Source of the DNA: Elusimicrobiota bacterium
GTDB taxonomy: Bacteria; Elusimicrobiota; Elusimicrobia; Elusimicrobiales; UBA9959
Assembly: GCA_003482905.1 (NCBI GenBank)
Contig: DMXM01000036.1
Span: 117,201 to 181,200, forward strand
Reading direction: 5' to 3'
Length of the DNA stretch: 64,000 nucleotides
Below, piece by piece: positions 60,422 to 64,000 of this stretch (position 1 is its first letter; the number at the start of each line of letters is the position of its first letter). A model generated the notes under the pieces. The model was not told where the DNA came from, searched no databases, and saw only the letters and a list, made by a program, of their open reading frames with translations. Made by a program: the position numbers and the translations under genes.

Positions 60422-61944
60422 ACAAAAATAACAAGCCTTTCAGCCTGGGAACTTTCCCGGACATAGTGGATTTTGCGGAGGTGGCCCTGGGTTACCGCCG
60501 TACCGTAGTCCCTCCCAAAGCCCTTAAGCTCATTGCGGCGCGGCGCGCCAGCCTGGAGGCCCTGCTGGCCGGGGACGGCGTGATGTACGGCATAAACACC
60601 GGCTTCGGCGAACTGGCCAGCCAGCGCGTCTCCCGGGAAAGTCTTAAAAGCCTGCAGGTGAACCTTATCCGCAGCCATGCCTGCGGCGTGGGCGAGCCGC
60701 TCGACGACGCGGAGGCCTGCGGCCTTATGTTCGCCCGCGCCAACGAACTGGCCATGGGTAATTCCGGGGTGCGCCCGGTGCTGGTTAAACTGCTTTCCGC
60801 CCTTATAAACAAGGGCGTTATCCCTTTCATCCCTTCCAAAGGCTCGGTGGGCGCCAGCGGGGACCTGGCCCCTTCCGCCCACATGGCGCTGACGCTGATA
60901 GGCGAGGGCATGGCCAAATTTGCCGGCGAGGACAAGTGGCAACCGTCCGCCGCGGTCCTGAAGAAAGCGGGCCTTAAGCCGATAGAATTGGCCGAAAAAG
61001 AGGGCCTGGCGCTTATAAACGGCACGCAGGCCATGAAGTCGGTGGGCGGGCTGGCGCTGTTCGAGGCTATGAACCTTTTTTATTCCGCCGTCCTCACCGG
61101 GGCCATGAGCCTTGAGGCTCTCAAGGGCACGCCGACGCCTTTCGACAAGCGCATCCACGAGCTTAAGCCGCACCCGGGCCAGCTGGAAGTGGCCGAAATG
61201 CTGGAGACCCTGCTGAAAGGCAGCAAGATCCGCGCTTCCCACGCGGCCAACGACAAGCGCGTGCAGGACCCCTACTCCCTGCGCTGCATGCCGCAGGCCA
61301 TGGGCGCCGCGCGCGACGCCATTGAGTACGCGCTGAACGCTTTTGAGACCGAGCTTGGCAGCGTTACCGACAACCCGCTGGTGGTGGAGGGGAAAAAGCG
61401 AGGCTCCATAGAGGTGCTCTCCGGCGGCAACTTTCACGGCCAGGCCGTAGCTTTCGCGGCGGATTTTGCCGCCATAGCCATAACGGCGCTCGGCAATATC
61501 TCGGAGCGCCGTATAGCCCAGCTGGTGAGCGACTTTAAAATACTTCCGCCTTTTCTCGCCCGCAATCCGGGCCTGGAGTCCGGCTTTATGATAGCGCATG
61601 TCACCGCGGCCGCGCTCTGCAATGAAAATAAAATACTCAGCCACCCCGCCAGCGCCGACTCCATCCCCACCTCCGCCAACAAGGAGGACTTTGTGAGCAT
61701 GGGGATGACCGCCGCGCTTAAGCTCAGCACGGTGGTGCTTAATGTGGCGCGCATATACGCCATAGAGATGATGGCCGCCGCCGAGGGCGTGGAATTCCAC
61801 CGCCCGCTCCGGTCTAGCCCCCACATAGAGACGGCTCTGGCGAAGCTGCGCAAGATCTCGCCCGCCTTCAAAGGCGACGAGGTTTTCTCCGGCCGCATAG
61901 AAGCCGTGGCCGAGGCGATCCTGGGCGGTTATTTCGTCGACTAA
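60418..61944 (+). CDS. hutH: Histidine ammonia-lyase
   Basis: 508 aa. MIO-forming ASG in [14 protein letters not shown], and the aromatic amino acid lyase fold motifs (NTGFG, LINGTQ). Confidence 0.95.
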   Translation: MNKNNKPFSLGTFPDIVDFAEVALGYRRTVVPPKALKLIAARRASLEALLAGDGVMYGINTGFGELASQRVSRESLKSLQVNLIRSHACGVGEPLDDAEACGLMFARANELAMGNSGVRPVLVKLLSALINKGVIPFIPSKGSVGASGDLAPSAHMALTLIGEGMAKFAGEDKWQPSAAVLKKAGLKPIELAEKEGLALINGTQAMKSVGGLALFEAMNLFYSAVLTGAMSLEALKGTPTPFDKRIHELKPHPGQLEVAEMLETLLKGSKIRASHAANDKRVQDPYSLRCMPQAMGAARDAIEYALNAFETELGSVTDNPLVVEGKKRGSIEVLSGGNFHGQAVAFAADFAAIAITALGNISERRIAQLVSDFKILPPFLARNPGLESGFMIAHVTAAALCNENKILSHPASADSIPTSANKEDFVSMGMTAALKLSTVVLNVARIYAIEMMAAAEGVEFHRPLRSSPHIETALAKLRKISPAFKGDEVFSGRIEAVAEAILGGYFVD

Positions 61945-61963
61945 ACTATTTGGAGGACGTGGT

Positions 61964-63616
61964 ATGGGTGCCAATATAATACGCGCGGCGCGCGGCAATA
62001 AGATATCGTGCAAGGGCTGGCAGCAGGAAGCGGCCCTGCGCATGCTGATGAACAACCTGGACCCGGAGGTGGCGGAACGCCCCGAGGATCTTATAGTTTA
62101 CGGCGGGCGCGGCAAGGCCGCCCGCAACTGGGACTGCTACCACGCCATAGTCTCGTCGCTGCGCAAGCTGGAGAACGACGAAACCCTGCTGGTGCAGTCG
62201 GGCAAACCCGTGGGCGTGCTGCGCACGCACGAGCATTCTCCCCGCGTGATCATAGCCAACTCCAACCTGGTGGGCAATTGGGCCAACTGGGAAGTCTTCG
62301 ACGAGCTGGAGCGGAAGGGCCTTATGATGTACGGCCAGATGACGGCCGGTTCCTGGATCTATATCGGCACTCAGGGGATATTGCAGGGCACATACGAGAC
62401 CTTCGCCGCCTGCGCCCGTAAACATTTCAAGAGCGACCTGACAGGCAAACTCACCGTCACCGGCGGCCTGGGCGGCATGGGCGGCGCCCAGCCCCTGGCC
62501 GTTACCATGAACGGCGGCGTGGCCATTGTAATAGAGGCGGACGAGACCCGCATACAGAAGCGCCTGGACACGGCCTACGTGGACATCATGAGCCGCGACC
62601 TGGACGAAGCTTTGCGCCTGGCGGACGCGGCCATGAAGGCGAAGAAGCCTCTTTCCATCGGCCTGCTGGGCAACTGCGCCGAAGTGCTGCCCGAGATGGC
62701 GCGCCGCGGCGTGAAAATAGACGTGCTGACAGACCAGACCTCCGCCCACGACCCGCTGAAGGGTTATATCCCGAAAGGCTACAGCATAAAGGCAGCCGAT
62801 GAGCTGCGCCGCAGGGATCCAAAAAAATACCTGAAGCTTTCCATGGAATCCATAGCCATACACGTGGAGGCCATGCTGAAGCTGCAGAAGGCAGGCGCCG
62901 TCACGTTCGACTACGGCAATAATATCAGGACTATGGCTTTCAAGCAGGGCGTGAAAAAGGCCTACGATTTCCCCGGCTTCGTTCCCGCCTATATCCGCGA
63001 CCTGTTCTGCGAGGGCAAAGGCCCTTTCCGCTGGGCGGCGCTTTCCGGCGACCCGAAGGACATAGCGGTCACGGACAAACTGGTGCTCGACCTGTTCCCT
63101 AAGGATGAACATCTCAGGCGCTGGATGGACATGGCCACGAAGAAAGTGAAGTTCCAGGGCCTGCCTTCCCGCATCTGCTGGCTCGGCTACGGCGAGCGGC
63201 ATATAATGGGCATGCGGATAAACGACCTGGTGAAAAAGGGTAAGATCTCCGCGCCGGTGGTGATAGGCCGCGACCATCTGGATTCAGGCTCGGTAGCCAG
63301 CCCTTTCCGCGAAACGGAAGCCATGAAGGACGGCTCCGACGCCATAGCCGACTGGCCCATACTCAACGCCCTTATAAACACCGCTTCCGGCGCCAGCTGG
63401 GTGTCTTTTCACCACGGCGGCGGCGTTGGCATGGGCTACTCCCTGCACGCGGGGCAGGTGACTGTGGCCGACGGCACCAAAGAAATGGCTACGCGCCTGG
63501 AGCGCGTACTCACCAACGACCCGGCCATGGGCGTGCTGCGCCACGCCGACGCCGGCTATAAGATCGCTTCGGATTTCGCCAAAAAGAAAGGCGTAAAGAT
63601 CCCGATGCTCAAATAA
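61964..63616 (+). CDS. hutU: Urocanate hydratase
   Basis: 550 aa. Colinear with the HutU family ([16 protein letters not shown] site, [12 protein letters not shown]). Confidence 0.95.
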   Translation: MGANIIRAARGNKISCKGWQQEAALRMLMNNLDPEVAERPEDLIVYGGRGKAARNWDCYHAIVSSLRKLENDETLLVQSGKPVGVLRTHEHSPRVIIANSNLVGNWANWEVFDELERKGLMMYGQMTAGSWIYIGTQGILQGTYETFAACARKHFKSDLTGKLTVTGGLGGMGGAQPLAVTMNGGVAIVIEADETRIQKRLDTAYVDIMSRDLDEALRLADAAMKAKKPLSIGLLGNCAEVLPEMARRGVKIDVLTDQTSAHDPLKGYIPKGYSIKAADELRRRDPKKYLKLSMESIAIHVEAMLKLQKAGAVTFDYGNNIRTMAFKQGVKKAYDFPGFVPAYIRDLFCEGKGPFRWAALSGDPKDIAVTDKLVLDLFPKDEHLRRWMDMATKKVKFQGLPSRICWLGYGERHIMGMRINDLVKKGKISAPVVIGRDHLDSGSVASPFRETEAMKDGSDAIADWPILNALINTASGASWVSFHHGGGVGMGYSLHAGQVTVADGTKEMATRLERVLTNDPAMGVLRHADAGYKIASDFAKKKGVKIPMLK

Positions 63617-63631
63617 AACGGAGGAATAATT

Positions 63632-64000
63632 ATGGCAAGTGAATTCAGTTTGACGTGGTTTCCAAGGTGGATTATACCGTGGTGGACGAGGCTATCGCCA
63701 TCGCCATGAAGGAAGTCATCAACCGTTATGATTTCAAGGATTCCAAGTCCGAGATCAATTTCGACAAGAAGGCCAACAGCATAATGCTGCAATCCTCAGA
63801 CGATTACAAGGTGAAGGCCCTATACGACGTATTGCTGACCAAGATCTCCAAGCGCGGTCTGCCGGTGAAGAATTTCGAGGCGCAGAAAGTGGAGCACGCG
63901 CTGGGCGGCACGGCCAAGCAGGCGGTGAAAGTGCAGCAGGGCATACCGCAGGACAAGGCCAAGGAAATAGTGCGGGCCATTAAAGACGCCAAGCTGAAGG
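63632..64000 (+). CDS. yajQ: YajQ-family nucleotide-binding protein (UPF0234). Partial at the window end, with an apparent frameshift near the 5' end.
   Basis: The frame from 63649 reads FDVVSKVDYTVVDEAIAIAMKEVINRYDFKDSKSEINFDK..., colinear with YajQ (E. coli MPSFDIVSEVD...RFDF). The SD-linked ATG at 63632 is in a different frame and stops after 25 codons. One extra T in the TTT run at 63649-63651 would join them. Confidence 0.7.

Noticed and set aside
60193-63277. Long minus-strand ORFs (620 aa and 443 aa) opposite hutH and hutU. Similar ones lie opposite dnaK (2169-3440), lysS (38410-39564), the ACAD (51123-52448), the epimerase (47608-48606) and nrfA (31150-32316, plus strand).
   Set aside because: Each is antisense to a gene with unambiguous family motifs, and each has the biased composition of GC-rich shadow frames. 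There is no independent evidence of coding.

Overview
GC-rich bacterial chromosomal window with about 60 densely packed genes, most of them in long co-directional, often overlapping operons. The host looks like a diderm: it has a Lol lipoprotein exporter, a CsgG-like lipoprotein and beta-barrel OMP candidates. Its metabolism looks anaerobe-type: NrfHA nitrite ammonification with a System II cytochrome c maturation pair, a bifurcating-type EtfBA, and FtcD-type histidine degradation.

Recognisable content, in order:
- hrcA-grpE-dnaK-dnaJ behind a consensus sigma70 promoter and a CIRCE-like operator, then rsmE.
- Two tandem minimal nucleotidyltransferase genes, then mtaB.
- An unusual cluster: a Zn-ribbon/TM/HEAT protein, a 606-aa acidic Pro/Glu/Ala-rich protein, a DnaA-domain-III paralogue without the DnaA DNA-binding domain, and a tandem-GAF histidine kinase.
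- A three-lipoprotein LPP20-like / DUF799-like / CsgG-like cluster.
- comM, a LysM protein, dprA and topA.
- Two paralogous secreted GH13 amylases and a XerC/D recombinase.
- A TMTC-like GT-C/TPR membrane protein with an OMP, then dacB.
- A long minus-strand operon: ndk, hydrolase, murQ, ccsBA, nrfHA and a CheY-like gene.
- REC-lysS, then lolC/E-lolD-mcsA-mcsB.
- An ExeA-like ATPase followed by a translationally coupled envelope gene set.
- ftcD, a long ACAD and etfBA.
- A Cache/HAMP/PAS kinase, a CHASE2 adenylate cyclase, DUF3307, a DnaQ-like exonuclease, hutH, hutU and yajQ (partial).

Non-coding features:
- A roughly 140-nt GC-rich structured repeat in three intergenic copies, in two orientations, with compensatory stem changes between copies.
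- A candidate small RNA or leader defined by a perfect TTGACA-N17-TATAAT promoter and a 12-bp intrinsic terminator.
- A bidirectional terminator.

I saw no rRNA, tRNA, CRISPR array, transposase or prophage. All family calls come from reading motifs in the supplied translations. No database search was run.
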